Origin: a bacterium
GTDB taxonomy: Bacteria > Bacteroidota > Ignavibacteria > UBA10030
DNA length: 64,000 bases
Assembly: GCA_043803945.1 (NCBI GenBank)
Contig: JAZDJN010000087.1
Coordinates: 288,001 to 352,000 of the forward strand
Direction of reading: 5' to 3'
In this document: positions 10,126-20,265 of the stretch, in pieces
How positions within the stretch are numbered: position 1 is the first letter of the stretch
Layout: the number at the start of each line of letters is the position of its first letter
Translations under genes and position numbers: made by a program
The notes under the pieces: model-generated
The model's database searches: none
Told to the model about the DNA's origin: nothing
Seen by the model: the letters and a program-made list of their open reading frames with translations, nothing else

Positions 10126-13116
10126 TTAGAACTCAAAGTACGCTCCGACGTAAACTTGTCGAGGCAGGTCGTAAACGCTCGTGCCCTCCTCAAGAATAAT
10201 CCGGTTATATTCCCCTGTTGGATCACCCGTTTGATAAAACTTTAACGTGCTGGCTCCCGTTGCAGTTGCATACCCAAGGATGTTCATCTTATTGAAGAGA
10301 TTCTTCACATCCATGAAGATACCCAGACGCTTGCCGGCAAAGGTAAAGCCTTTTTCGAGCCGCACGTCGACCATACTATTCGAAGGAGCGGTCTCAAGCT
10401 GGCGGGCTGTCCGGTTGTCCACTGTGGGATTTGTATACAGGAAGCCGCTTGTGTAAGTTCCAACAACATTAAAGATGACTTCGTACGGGAACTGGAACGA
10501 GAGGACATATCCCAACCGATGTGTGCGATCAAACCCTTGACCGAGCACGGAGCTTCCACCGCCTACGTTGATCTCGTACTGCTTGAAGTACTTTGCATCA
10601 CCAAAGGGAAGCTGTGTGAAGATACTGTCGGCGGTGTTTCGTGCAAATGCCGTCTTGTTCGCAGCACCACCTGCCCCTGCTTTGATGACACTCCATGCAT
10701 AATTAACACGACCAGTCAGTCGTACGATATCCATGAGCGAGTACTGACCGATGTTCAGCGTCAACTCAACTCCTCGTGCATCAGCATATCCGGAGTTAAA
10801 GTATACATTATACGTCGTCACGGTCTGACCCTGGAGACTTTGCAGGGTATAGGCGTACCGTTGGAAATTTTCCACTTCTCTGAAATATGCGTTCGCGTTC
10901 AGGGAAATGCGCGGCAAGAACTCCCAGCTTGTTCCGAATTCATAGTTTGTCGATTTATATGGATCTTGATCGACGCGGAATTGGTTCGGCAGAGAGGGAT
11001 TGTTCACATTGGCATATCCCGTATAGATTTGAGAGAATGGAAGGGGCTGGCTTGAGTGAGAGAAGGAAAAGTACATTGTCGCTGTTTCCGTTATCGGATG
11101 ACTTACTCCAATCCTCGGTGAGAAGAACCACTTCATCTTCACGTTGCTCCCCCGATATGGCACGAAGGACGATCGTGGTCCGACATTATAGCTACCGGTA
11201 GCAGGATTCATATATGGCGTGTAGAAGTTTGCCATTTCCGCTGCGTCAGGATCGAATCCATCAACCCTGGCACCAATATTCATGATCAGGCCAGCAAACT
11301 CAATCCTGTCTTGAGCGTAGAATCCCATCTCCATCGGTTTCTTGTCGTATTGCTCAAGCAACACACCGATCGCAGGATTGATGTCCGTCGGAGAAATAAC
11401 TGTTGAGCGCCTGTCCTGCTTTACGCTGTGCAGCCGAAATTGAGCACCGGCTCGCAATTGATGGTTTGCCGTAACCTGGCTTGTGAAATCTGCTTTCAGT
11501 GTTGTTGTACTCGTCTGTAGATTCTCATAATAGTAGGTGGGACTCGCAAGAACATTGCCGCCACCAAAGATGGTGGTAATTGTCGGGTCAAGGCCTTGGG
11601 TATCATCATTGTTATTATTGAAGAACTTGCCGGTACCGATTCCACCTATGTAGAGCCTGACTTTCGTTGTGTCAAAGCCAAGAGCAAGGAAATCCGCCGA
11701 GCCATTCGTTTGGTCATACTTGTCGGGAATCCCATCTCCATTGGTATCGGTGAAAGCATCGAGGAAGCCAACACGGCTCGACTTGGAAACGTTGCTTACC
11801 TGAACCTCGTAGAAGGTTTCAGGTGCAAGGAAATGGGTAAACTTTGCACTTCCAACCAAAGAGTATCCGTCGTAGACCGGCACTCCTTCAAGGAAAAATC
11901 GAGAAGCATCATTGTACTGTCTGTTCTTCCAGCCAAAGATTTGTCCTCGATCCTGCAGCACTCCGGTAACACTAAGTTTCATGCTCTTCGTGAAATCATA
12001 ATTCGCTTTCAACGTAATATTCGCTTCCCGCGAAAATTCGTTAGGCATGAATCCATGCGTATCGAATAGTCTACCTGTAAAAAAGAGGCCAAAGTTTTCC
12101 ATAATCGATCCACCGATTGCAGCTTCAGCTTCATACGTTGGTGACTCTCCCGTGGCATACGTGTGGTCGGGCGACCAGATATATCGAGCGCCCTTCGCAT
12201 TGTTCGCGGCTAAGAGAGTCCGTTTGTTTGTGAGGTACTTTGCGGTGTCGTTCGCCGGATAGAACTGGGGCCCGAAATAACTGGCACCCTTCATGAACCG
12301 ATCAAAGCCTCCACCACCCGATCGGAAAAACACACGACCTGTCCAGTCCCCGCGTCCTTCACGGAGATTTGCACTGTATACACCCGCCGATGCTGCAGAA
12401 TACTCGGCGTTTGCAGCTCCGGCAATGACGTTGAGTTCTGACAGGCTTGATGCGTTCAAGTTAACAGACGATCCGTTGGCTTCGTAGGGCTTAGTGACCC
12501 GATTATATCGTGTAGCAGGAGTGTTATCGAGGTTGCCCGCCAGGTTGTCGGTGACGACCTGCCGAAACTGATCGGTGACATCGACTCCATCCAGCAGGGT
12601 CTTTGTCTCTTCTCGTTGACTACCTCGAATTCGACCCTTAAAGACGCTCGCCGTAGTGTTCAATAGTTCCTGAACAGAAAGAGAAGGAAGACCGGTAAGC
12701 TCGTTCGTCGAGATGACGGTTCTCGTAGAGGTAAGTGTCTTATCCACAAGCTTACGTTCAGCATCGATAACAACTTCTTTTAGTCCTACCGCTTCTGCAC
12801 GAAGAGAAAAGTCTATTGTCACTGTTTGGTCGGAGTTCACACGGACATTTCGAAAGGTTTGTGGAACGTACCCAACAGCCGACGCCTTTACTGTATACGT
12901 ACCCGGGGGTACGTTCAGGATATAATAGGCACCATTCACATCTGCAGCCGCGCCTAACAATGTCCCTTCAAGCATCACATTTGCGCCGACTACTGCTTCA
13001 CCCGTCGCGGCGTCTTTCACAACCCCGGTGATCTTACCGTTTCCTCCAGATATCAGAATCAACGGCACCATCACGAGACATATCAGTAGGAGAACTTTGC
13101 ACCAAGTGTATCGCAT
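10126..13116 (-). CDS. TonB-dependent receptor with N-terminal carboxypeptidase-regulatory-like domain
   Basis: GKITGVVKDAATGE..VGANV..EGT.LGAA.D..G.Y.ILNVPPG.Y; plug region; barrel motifs YAQDRIEF, FSPRIGVSHPI; ends PRQVYVGAYFEF. Confidence 0.9.
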   Translation of the reverse strand: MRYTWCKVLLLICLVMVPLILISGGNGKITGVVKDAATGEAVVGANVMLEGTLLGAAADVNGAYYILNVPPGTYTVKASAVGYVPQTFRNVRVNSDQTVTIDFSLRAEAVGLKEVVIDAERKLVDKTLTSTRTVISTNELTGLPSLSVQELLNTTASVFKGRIRGSQREETKTLLDGVDVTDQFRQVVTDNLAGNLDNTPATRYNRVTKPYEANGSSVNLNASSLSELNVIAGAANAEYSAASAGVYSANLREGRGDWTGRVFFRSGGGGFDRFMKGASYFGPQFYPANDTAKYLTNKRTLLAANNAKGARYIWSPDHTYATGESPTYEAEAAIGGSIMENFGLFFTGRLFDTHGFMPNEFSREANITLKANYDFTKSMKLSVTGVLQDRGQIFGWKNRQYNDASRFFLEGVPVYDGYSLVGSAKFTHFLAPETFYEVQVSNVSKSSRVGFLDAFTDTNGDGIPDKYDQTNGSADFLALGFDTTKVRLYIGGIGTGKFFNNNNDDTQGLDPTITTIFGGGNVLASPTYYYENLQTSTTTLKADFTSQVTANHQLRAGAQFRLHSVKQDRRSTVISPTDINPAIGVLLEQYDKKPMEMGFYAQDRIEFAGLIMNIGARVDGFDPDAAEMANFYTPYMNPATGSYNVGPRSSFVPYRGSNVKMKWFFSPRIGVSHPITETATMYFSFSHSSQPLPFSQIYTGYANVNNPSLPNQFRVDQDPYKSTNYEFGTSWEFLPRISLNANAYFREVENFQRYAYTLQSLQGQTVTTYNVYFNSGYADARGVELTLNIGQYSLMDIVRLTGRVNYAWSVIKAGAGGAANKTAFARNTADSIFTQLPFGDAKYFKQYEINVGGGSSVLGQGFDRTHRLGYVLSFQFPYEVIFNVVGTYTSGFLYTNPTVDNRTARQLETAPSNSMVDVRLEKGFTFAGKRLGIFMDVKNLFNKMNILGYATATGASTLKFYQTGDPTGEYNRIILEEGTSVYDLPRQVYVGAYFEF

Positions 13117-13602
13117 GATGTTGCTCCTTGTATGAGAAATGAGTAAAGTGGATTAATAAAAACGTGTTGTCGCAGGAAAGAATCAGTATCAATGGTTGTG
13201 TTCGACACCGTAAGGCACGTCTCTCTGATACGTTGCTCATCACGTTGTCTGTTGTATCTACCCTCCTTACTCTCATGTAGAGTTTGTTCGTGGCTGTTGA
13301 TTACTGATCGTACTTTGTGCAGCACAGCGTTCCTATCGGCAAAACGCCGTTCTGCTTTATCGACATCAACTGAAATGTTGCGTGGGGCTGAATAAAGATT
13401 CACAATGGTCCGGATGCAGAGAACGAGAACTCAATTCTGTTATTCCGTGCCATGTGATTCGATGGATCATAGTACCAACGACTTCTTGTTGATTACGATT
13501 TTGTTTCTTTAGTCACCGCCACAGGGTAAGGAAGCGCACTCATATTGGAAGTCATGAATAACGAGCGGCTTTCATTAGTGAAACAGGGTTTAATACTGGC
13601 TC

Positions 13603-13631
13603 AGTATAGATTTTTTTCAGACTATTGTCAA
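13603..13631 (-). promoter_or_regulatory. Sigma70-type promoter for the TBDR operon
   Basis: TTGACA (13631-13626), 17 nt spacer, TATACT (13608-13603) on the minus strand. Confidence 0.7.
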
Positions 13632-13733
13632 GCAGAAACTCTGAATGGGCGGGATCTTATCATCAAAAATAGGATTGTCTTATCTTTTATCCCTCATCCT
13701 TTTCCTTCAACGGGAAAATCTTGTACATTGCGA

Positions 13734-13877
13734 TAGAGGACCGGTTGAAAAGTCCGCCACAGAGAAACAGAGTTCACTGAGATCGATAAATGTGTGTTAT
13801 CTCCATAATATTTCAAAACGATGACCTCTGTGTCCTCTGTGACTCGGTGGCAAAGTCACTTTTCGACCAGATTCTTA
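13734..13877. repeat. MITE-like composite palindrome
   Basis: Outer IR GGTTGAAAAGT...ACTTTTCGACC enclosing GCCACAGAGAAACAGAG...CTCTGTGTCCTCTGTGACTCGGTGGC; same layout as 39911-40076. Confidence 0.55.
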
Positions 13878-13902
13878 GAAAGAATTACTACGGCACACTT
13901 TT

Positions 13903-16353
13903 ATGAATGTTCTTCAACGTCTCTTAATCCAATTGCTCAGGTTGAGCCTCTTGCTGCCGACTCTGGCCTTCTCCCAGGAAGCTCAAACAACCGAACTTAT
14001 CATGCTCCTTACCGGCAATACCTTCGGCTATTTTGATGTAACCCCCATAGGGAACGACATCGCAGGCGGTGTTATCCGCCGGAAGACTGTCATCGATCAA
14101 CTCCGGCAGCAGATTGGTTCAAACCATATGCTTCTTCTCGATGCAGGCAATATGATGGGATATTATTATCTCCTGCGAGGCGATCGGGGGTTGTCCATGA
14201 TTCAAGCCATGCGAACGATCGGGTACGATGCAATTACTGTCGGGAATCACGAGTTCGATTATGGGAAGGAGCCGCTCCTCTCCTATACTCAACCGCCCTA
14301 TAACCTTGACATTGTCTGTGGCAATATCCTGAAGCAATCTTCTAATGAAACATTCTTGCCCTCATTTCACATCGTTCAAAAAGCCAATGGCGTCAAAGTC
14401 GCAATTCTCGGATTGACCGATCCGGAGATTGAAGCTGCAACACTGCGCCAAAACTTCGCCGGACTTTCAATGACCGACCCGGTCAGCATTGCACGAACAT
14501 TACTGCCGAAACTTAGAAATGAAGCCGATATCGTCATTGCGCTGACCTATCTCAAACCCGACGATGCCTACCGCCTTGCATCACAGGTCCCCGGATTCGA
14601 TGTCATCGTTACTCGTGCCGACAGTGCAAGCGCCTCAACTGCTGTCCGCCGTGAAGCAATAGGAGAAGGAGAGCAAACGCTGATTGTCACACCGGTCTCT
14701 CTTGGCAAGGCGCTCAGCAGGGTACATCTGAATTTCGATCATGCCCGACGCCGTTGTACGGCATCGCTGCAGACAGCCATCCCGATTACAGCAGAGTTAC
14801 CGGGCGACCCTGATTTTGCCACACAACTGACTGTAGGAGGAGAACAGGAATACTACGAATACTGCCGCAGAACGTATGGTATGAATCCCGACGATCCCGT
14901 GTTGATTGTGGATGAAGACTTCACCAATGATGATTTAATTCAGGTGATTCTGAATGTGTTTCTCCGGCAAACAGGGGCGGAAATTGCATTGCTTAACAAC
15001 TCCCTCTTCCGCTTCGACGGTATTGAATTCTCTCCCGCCGGGGATGATCTCCGGTATCGAAAAATCTCTCTTCGCCACCTGGAACAAATCCTTTGGACAG
15101 AAAATGAATTGGTAACAATGAGGTTGACCGGGCAGCAGCTTGCGGCACTCCAGGCAAGAAGTAAAAGCAATCAGAGCGCCGGCAGAAACAATTACCTTCA
15201 GCATGTTCAGGTGACCATTGCCGGCAACGATGAGTGGTTCATCCATAACGCTCCCTTGCAGCAAAAGAGTCCACCGGAATATTACCGTGTTGTCACAACA
15301 AATTTTCTTGCCGGCGGCGGCGATGGGTATCTGCCGTTCCGTGAAGGACAGGATGTCGGCCTAAAGTTTTCCGGCATGGAGATTCCTGTTCCATCGGAGA
15401 ACGGATATCCTATCAACATAAGAAAGTTTATCGTCCGTCTTCTTCGAACAACCTTTGATCTGCGGCGCCCTGTCTCGAGAAATGCCACTTCCCTTGTTGA
15501 CAATGGATACCGCTCGAGACAATTATGGCGTTTCACGCTTTCCCGTCTTCAATTGAGTTATTCTGCAGGTCAATACCGTGCCGCCGGCGGTTATAGCAAC
15601 GTTGGACTCACGGAGCTCCGCGGCAAAGACTTTTCGCGGATTGTGTATGAGGCAGATGTGCGCCTCAAGCAGGAGTCCGATCTGCTCATCTGGGATAACC
15701 GGCTCTTTGCCGCCTTCGGGCAATCGCATGTTGTGGAGCAACCAATTCAGGAAATTACCGACGACCTTTTCTTCGAATCGGTGGTAAATTTTCGTTCATC
15801 GAAAGCGACACGGGATATCACGATCTATCCTTCGGCAAGCTTACGGTATGATACCGAGATCACCAGGCAGGAAATCCGGCAAACCATCGAGGGTGAAACC
15901 CTATCGACATTCCTGCAGCGACAACAGGATATCACGCTCGGCGCCGGTGTCGCGTTTTCTGATTTCTCCGGGTTCAGCAGAACGCGGGTGACGCTGACAC
16001 AGACATTCGATCGCTCAAAGAACCCAAGGCCGGACCAGAACGGTATCAATATCCAGACGGCGTACAGCACTCAGCTCTCGACGGCATTTTTCAGAACAGA
16101 GTTTGACGGAACGTACTACATCAGGCAATCGCGGTCATCGGGCGATACACGCCGGCTGTTGATCCGCTGGAGGAGCGATCTTTCAATCCCGCTTGGACGT
16201 TTCTACCTTGCTCCATCGCTTAACATGTTTATTTTTCAAGGACAACAAAGCACAATTCCAAACCAGTCGCCGCAGGTTGCTACCGCCATTGTGCTTGGTG
16301 TAACACTCGGCTATTCATTCGACTGGAAAATGCAATATGAATCCCTGTTCTGA
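13903..16353 (+). CDS. 5'-nucleotidase/metallophosphoesterase-like protein (degenerate metal site) fused to a C-terminal beta-barrel-like domain
   Basis: Signal peptide; LLLDAG, GYDAITVGNHEFDYG, GVKVAILGLT; 5'-NT C-domain YRVVTTNFLAGGGDGY; last ~270 aa are alternating amphipathic strands, ending in F. Confidence 0.75.
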   Translation: MNVLQRLLIQLLRLSLLLPTLAFSQEAQTTELIMLLTGNTFGYFDVTPIGNDIAGGVIRRKTVIDQLRQQIGSNHMLLLDAGNMMGYYYLLRGDRGLSMIQAMRTIGYDAITVGNHEFDYGKEPLLSYTQPPYNLDIVCGNILKQSSNETFLPSFHIVQKANGVKVAILGLTDPEIEAATLRQNFAGLSMTDPVSIARTLLPKLRNEADIVIALTYLKPDDAYRLASQVPGFDVIVTRADSASASTAVRREAIGEGEQTLIVTPVSLGKALSRVHLNFDHARRRCTASLQTAIPITAELPGDPDFATQLTVGGEQEYYEYCRRTYGMNPDDPVLIVDEDFTNDDLIQVILNVFLRQTGAEIALLNNSLFRFDGIEFSPAGDDLRYRKISLRHLEQILWTENELVTMRLTGQQLAALQARSKSNQSAGRNNYLQHVQVTIAGNDEWFIHNAPLQQKSPPEYYRVVTTNFLAGGGDGYLPFREGQDVGLKFSGMEIPVPSENGYPINIRKFIVRLLRTTFDLRRPVSRNATSLVDNGYRSRQLWRFTLSRLQLSYSAGQYRAAGGYSNVGLTELRGKDFSRIVYEADVRLKQESDLLIWDNRLFAAFGQSHVVEQPIQEITDDLFFESVVNFRSSKATRDITIYPSASLRYDTEITRQEIRQTIEGETLSTFLQRQQDITLGAGVAFSDFSGFSRTRVTLTQTFDRSKNPRPDQNGINIQTAYSTQLSTAFFRTEFDGTYYIRQSRSSGDTRRLLIRWRSDLSIPLGRFYLAPSLNMFIFQGQQSTIPNQSPQVATAIVLGVTLGYSFDWKMQYESLF

Positions 16354-16421
16354 TCCCTCCAGAACGAAACCCATCATCCGGAGGAACCGTAAGGGATACA
16401 AGCCACAGATTAATCACTGAG

Positions 16422-17150
16422 ATGAGTAATGCCATGAAAAACTGTCTTACTATGACGCTCCTTGCGCTGATGGTTCTACCGCTTTGCCAGGCTGACGCAC
16501 AAAAATTCCAGGGCGGATTGTCTTTTCTTCTTGGCGTCCCCAAAGGAGAGTTCCGCAAGAATATGAATAATACCGGCTACGGGATTTCAGGAGAGATCGG
16601 ATTTGCTCCTCAAAAAAATCCTTATATGATCGGGATCGACGTGAGTTTTATGAACTACGGCATGGAAGAACGGCAGGAGCCATTCAGCACTACAATCCCC
16701 GATGTCACCGTCAATGTCGAATCACAAAACAATATCGTTCTGAGCCATCTGTTTCTACGGCTCCAGCCAAACACCGGCTCCGTCCGGCCTTACCTTGAAG
16801 GTGCTGTCGGGCTGAAATATCTCTTTACACAAACCACCATCAAGAATCAGGGGCATGCGAATGAAGAAATTGCCAGTTCGACAAACCTCGACGATATCGC
16901 TTTCAGTTACGGAGGAGGTGCCGGCATTATGGTGAGACTCTTCCGCAGCAACGACGATGAAGATCGCAAGCTCCCCTTCCGGTTCTCGGATGCCCTTCTC
17001 GACATTCGTGTTCGCTATCTTGCCGGAGCAGAGGCGGAGTATTTGAAAGAAGGATCGATCCGCCGTGAAGCCGGCCGTGTGGTGTACGACGTGCAGACAT
17101 CGAAGACCGAGCTTATGGGGATTCACATCGGTCTGGCGGTCACTTTCTAA
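16422..17150 (+). CDS. Outer-membrane beta-barrel protein
   Basis: Signal peptide; RPYLEGAVG, FSYGGGAG, C-terminal IHIGLAVTF. Start may be ATG 16434. Confidence 0.75.
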   Translation: MSNAMKNCLTMTLLALMVLPLCQADAQKFQGGLSFLLGVPKGEFRKNMNNTGYGISGEIGFAPQKNPYMIGIDVSFMNYGMEERQEPFSTTIPDVTVNVESQNNIVLSHLFLRLQPNTGSVRPYLEGAVGLKYLFTQTTIKNQGHANEEIASSTNLDDIAFSYGGGAGIMVRLFRSNDDEDRKLPFRFSDALLDIRVRYLAGAEAEYLKEGSIRREAGRVVYDVQTSKTELMGIHIGLAVTF

Positions 17151-17183
17151 TTCCCTGTTTCAGCGTGAACCTTCACCGGCAGA

Positions 17184-19646
17184 ATGGAAATGTTAAACTC
17201 CATGAAGCGGATTGTCGTGCATGGCCATAACGGTATATTCTCTCTTTTCCTGTTGTGTCTTGCTCTTGCCTGTTCTCTTCAGATAGCAGCCAGCCAAGCC
17301 CGGAGATGTTCCGGTGTGATCATCGATGCTTCCTCCGGGGAGGTGCTTATCCAGGCGAATATTGCGATCCGCGGTACCGGGCTGGGCACAATAAGCGATC
17401 TTTCCGGAAATTTTTCTCTCACCATTCCATTGGAAGCACATTTCCTTCTTGTTTCCCATGTCGGTTATAAATCGGAAACCGTCCACCTTGGCAAGAGCGA
17501 TACCCTCCTTGTTGTGCGGCTCATTTCCACCGATGTTTTGCTGCAGGAGGTGACCATCTATTCGGGTGCCGCAGAACAATCGAAGCAGCCCGAGATCAGC
17601 TCGCTCTCTCTTCAGAGCAAACGTATTGCAGAGATTACCTGTGTTATGCCCGATGTCCTTCGGTCGATTCAGATGCTTCCCGGTATCTCGGCAAACAATG
17701 AGTTCAGCGCAAAGTTCAATGTGCGCGGCGGAACCTACGATGAGAATCTTGTGCTTGTGAACGGAACACAGGTCTACGAGCCCTTTCACCTCAAAGAAGC
17801 TCCCAATGCAAGCATGGGAATCTTTAACACCGAGATGATGCGCCGTGTTACGCTGGTCACAGGCGGATTCAGTGCGAAGTACGGAGACAGATTAAGCTCT
17901 GTGCTGGACATCGAGTACCGTGAAGGCAGCAAGGAACGCCTTAAGGGTGCTGTCGCTCTTAGCGTAACCAACGTGGACGGCTATATCGAAGGCCCACTTG
18001 CTGGTTCAGGATCATTTATCGTCGGCGCGAGAAAAAGTTATTTCGAATATATGATGTCGGCAATCGGCGTGGCTGAAAATATTCACCCATCGTTTTATGA
18101 TGTTCAGGGTGTCGTTTCATTCCCCTTGTCCCCATCAAACAAACTCCTGTTTCAATTCATTCATGCTGGCGATAAGTACTGGCTCGATCCGACAGCGGAA
18201 CAACGGGGGCCGTCACAATACGGCGGCACTTACAAAGGAAAGAGTGCAACGTTTCAAGAAGTGTGGAACTCGTTTGACGATGAGCACGCAAAATATTACA
18301 GCAACCTGCTCGATCTTCAAAACAACCAACTGTTCTCCAGCGCGGCTCTTCTTAAAACAGAGATATCGGTCTACGAGCAGACCGAGGAAGAGTACGGGTA
18401 CCATACCGACGACTTTCGCAGAGATATCCGGCAGCAGCAAAATTATTTCTACGGCTCACATCAGGAACAGCGGTCAAGCAACAGTCTCCGGATTTATACG
18501 CTTGAGGGGAAGGCCTCCCTCGATTTCCAGTTGTCGCCTTACTACGAAATCAACGGGGGCATGAACTACCAAACAATTTTCTATCGCCAGGATCTTCTGG
18601 ACGAGCGGATCTTTGATGAAATAATGAATACCGAATCCTTCCCCGACACTGCTTCGACCCATAAGGTTGAGAACCGGATCGGCGAAGGAAACGAAAAAAT
18701 CAACGCCTCTTCTTATAAGTTCACCGGCTACATCGAGAATATTCTATTTGCCTTAGAGGATATAGTACTTAATCTCGGCGGGCGTTTTGATTATTTCGAT
18801 TTCAACCGCGAGTTCACTGCAAGCCCGCGTATCAGTGCTTCGTACCAGATCTCCAGCGAAACCACTCTGCGTGCCGCCTGGGGAATCTACACTCAATCCC
18901 CAATATACCGGCAACTTGCTTATTCTGTTGCTTCCGATACAAACACCAGGGCCCAGCGGGCGATTCATTACATCCTTGGCATCGAACACACAATTCCATT
19001 TCAAGCGGAATCGCCATCATCATTGAAGGTGAAGGTAGAGGCGTACTATAAAGACTATACCAATCTCATCTCTTCCTCTCAATCGAGTTCCGGACGAATC
19101 AGTTACTCTCATCGCAATGATGCTATTGGCGTTACAAGGGGGATTGATTGTTATGCTGTGCTGAGTCTTCCCGGCTTTTATGGCTGGATCAGCTATAGTT
19201 TGCTTGCGGCCCGTGAAAACCTTTTTACAGATAAACGGGCAGATTATCCCCGCTATACCGACCAGCGCCATACGCTCGCTCTCGTTGCCGATATCACCCT
19301 CGGCGGCGGGTGGAATTTCAACACCAGGTTTATCTACGGGAGCGGTTATGCGTATACGCCGAGTGTTCAGCAATACAACCAGAAAACAAAACGCTTCGAG
19401 TGGGTTCAAGGAGAGAAAAATTCGGACCATCTGCCTGCCTATGAAAGAGTCGATGTTCGCCTGAATAAAGCCTTTCAACTCTGGGAGTCTCAAGTCCAGG
19501 CATTTCTCGATATCAGCAATGTGTTCAATGCTGCCAATATTCAATCTTACCGCTATCGGTACAACAGCAATGGTTCTGCGTATCGTGAAGAAATAAAATT
19601 GTGGCCGTTAGTACCCACGCTGGGTATCGCCATCCGGTTTGAGTAA
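17184..19646 (+). CDS. TonB-dependent receptor
   Basis: N-terminal carboxypeptidase-like domain; DVLRSIQMLPGI, FNVRGG.YDENLVLVNG, GGFSAKYGDRLSSVLDI; LPAYERVDVR; C-terminal GIAIRFE. Confidence 0.9.
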   Translation: MEMLNSMKRIVVHGHNGIFSLFLLCLALACSLQIAASQARRCSGVIIDASSGEVLIQANIAIRGTGLGTISDLSGNFSLTIPLEAHFLLVSHVGYKSETVHLGKSDTLLVVRLISTDVLLQEVTIYSGAAEQSKQPEISSLSLQSKRIAEITCVMPDVLRSIQMLPGISANNEFSAKFNVRGGTYDENLVLVNGTQVYEPFHLKEAPNASMGIFNTEMMRRVTLVTGGFSAKYGDRLSSVLDIEYREGSKERLKGAVALSVTNVDGYIEGPLAGSGSFIVGARKSYFEYMMSAIGVAENIHPSFYDVQGVVSFPLSPSNKLLFQFIHAGDKYWLDPTAEQRGPSQYGGTYKGKSATFQEVWNSFDDEHAKYYSNLLDLQNNQLFSSAALLKTEISVYEQTEEEYGYHTDDFRRDIRQQQNYFYGSHQEQRSSNSLRIYTLEGKASLDFQLSPYYEINGGMNYQTIFYRQDLLDERIFDEIMNTESFPDTASTHKVENRIGEGNEKINASSYKFTGYIENILFALEDIVLNLGGRFDYFDFNREFTASPRISASYQISSETTLRAAWGIYTQSPIYRQLAYSVASDTNTRAQRAIHYILGIEHTIPFQAESPSSLKVKVEAYYKDYTNLISSSQSSSGRISYSHRNDAIGVTRGIDCYAVLSLPGFYGWISYSLLAARENLFTDKRADYPRYTDQRHTLALVADITLGGGWNFNTRFIYGSGYAYTPSVQQYNQKTKRFEWVQGEKNSDHLPAYERVDVRLNKAFQLWESQVQAFLDISNVFNAANIQSYRYRYNSNGSAYREEIKLWPLVPTLGIAIRFE

Positions 19647-19912
19647 CTCCCATCTGATCCGATTTATTACGTTCCTGCTCTAGAATCCTGCCCGCCACCA
19701 GTTTACCTGGACCATTACCACGGTGGAGGAGACAATCTTGGCTTATCATAGGATCAGCTGACTATTCTTTTCCGTAGATTATCTCCGCGACAAACACATT
19801 CGAGGAACAGTGGTGTAGCTTGGGATGAAATAGAAAAGAAAGAATGGTGATCCCAAGGTGTCTCTGTTTGGGATCTACTATGCGGAGCTATTCTTTTCCG
19901 TTTAGTAGATCC

Positions 19913-19975
19913 CCCCGATAAAAAAACATCGGGGCAGGCCGACAGAAGCCCCGATACAAAGGCATCGGGGCAGGC
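19913..19975. repeat. Two 27-bp CCCCGAT...ATCGGGG-CAGGC hairpin elements
   Basis: CCCCGATAAAAAAACATCGGGGCAGGC (19913-19939) and CCCCGATACAAAGGCATCGGGGCAGGC (19949-19975). Confidence 0.6.
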
Positions 19976-20265
19976 ATTCGGGGAACACTGGAAGGGCTGG
20001 AGAGAAACGGGAATTTTAATTGTCGTTGAAGGGAAATAATAGTTGACGTTAATCACGCCACAGCGGACCTGTCTCTTGAGAATGCTTTGGGCGGGCTGGC
20101 AAGGCATTAAGGAGAAAGCGAAATATTTTAAGTTTTTATATACCTTGGTGCCTCCGTATCCTTGTGGCGACTCTTTTCGACTAGATCTCTAGCAACAAAA
20201 CGAGCAGAAAACCGTAGTAACAAGAGGCAATCCGTATCACTTATCACCATTGCAAAGGAATTATC

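Noticed and set aside
10089-10226. Longer start for the CTD protein
   Set aside because: It overlaps the TBDR 3' end; the signal peptide and SD support ATG 10088.
13117-13600. Cobalamin or TPP riboswitch before the TBDR
   Set aside because: I could not find the conserved cores by eye; an Infernal scan would be decisive.
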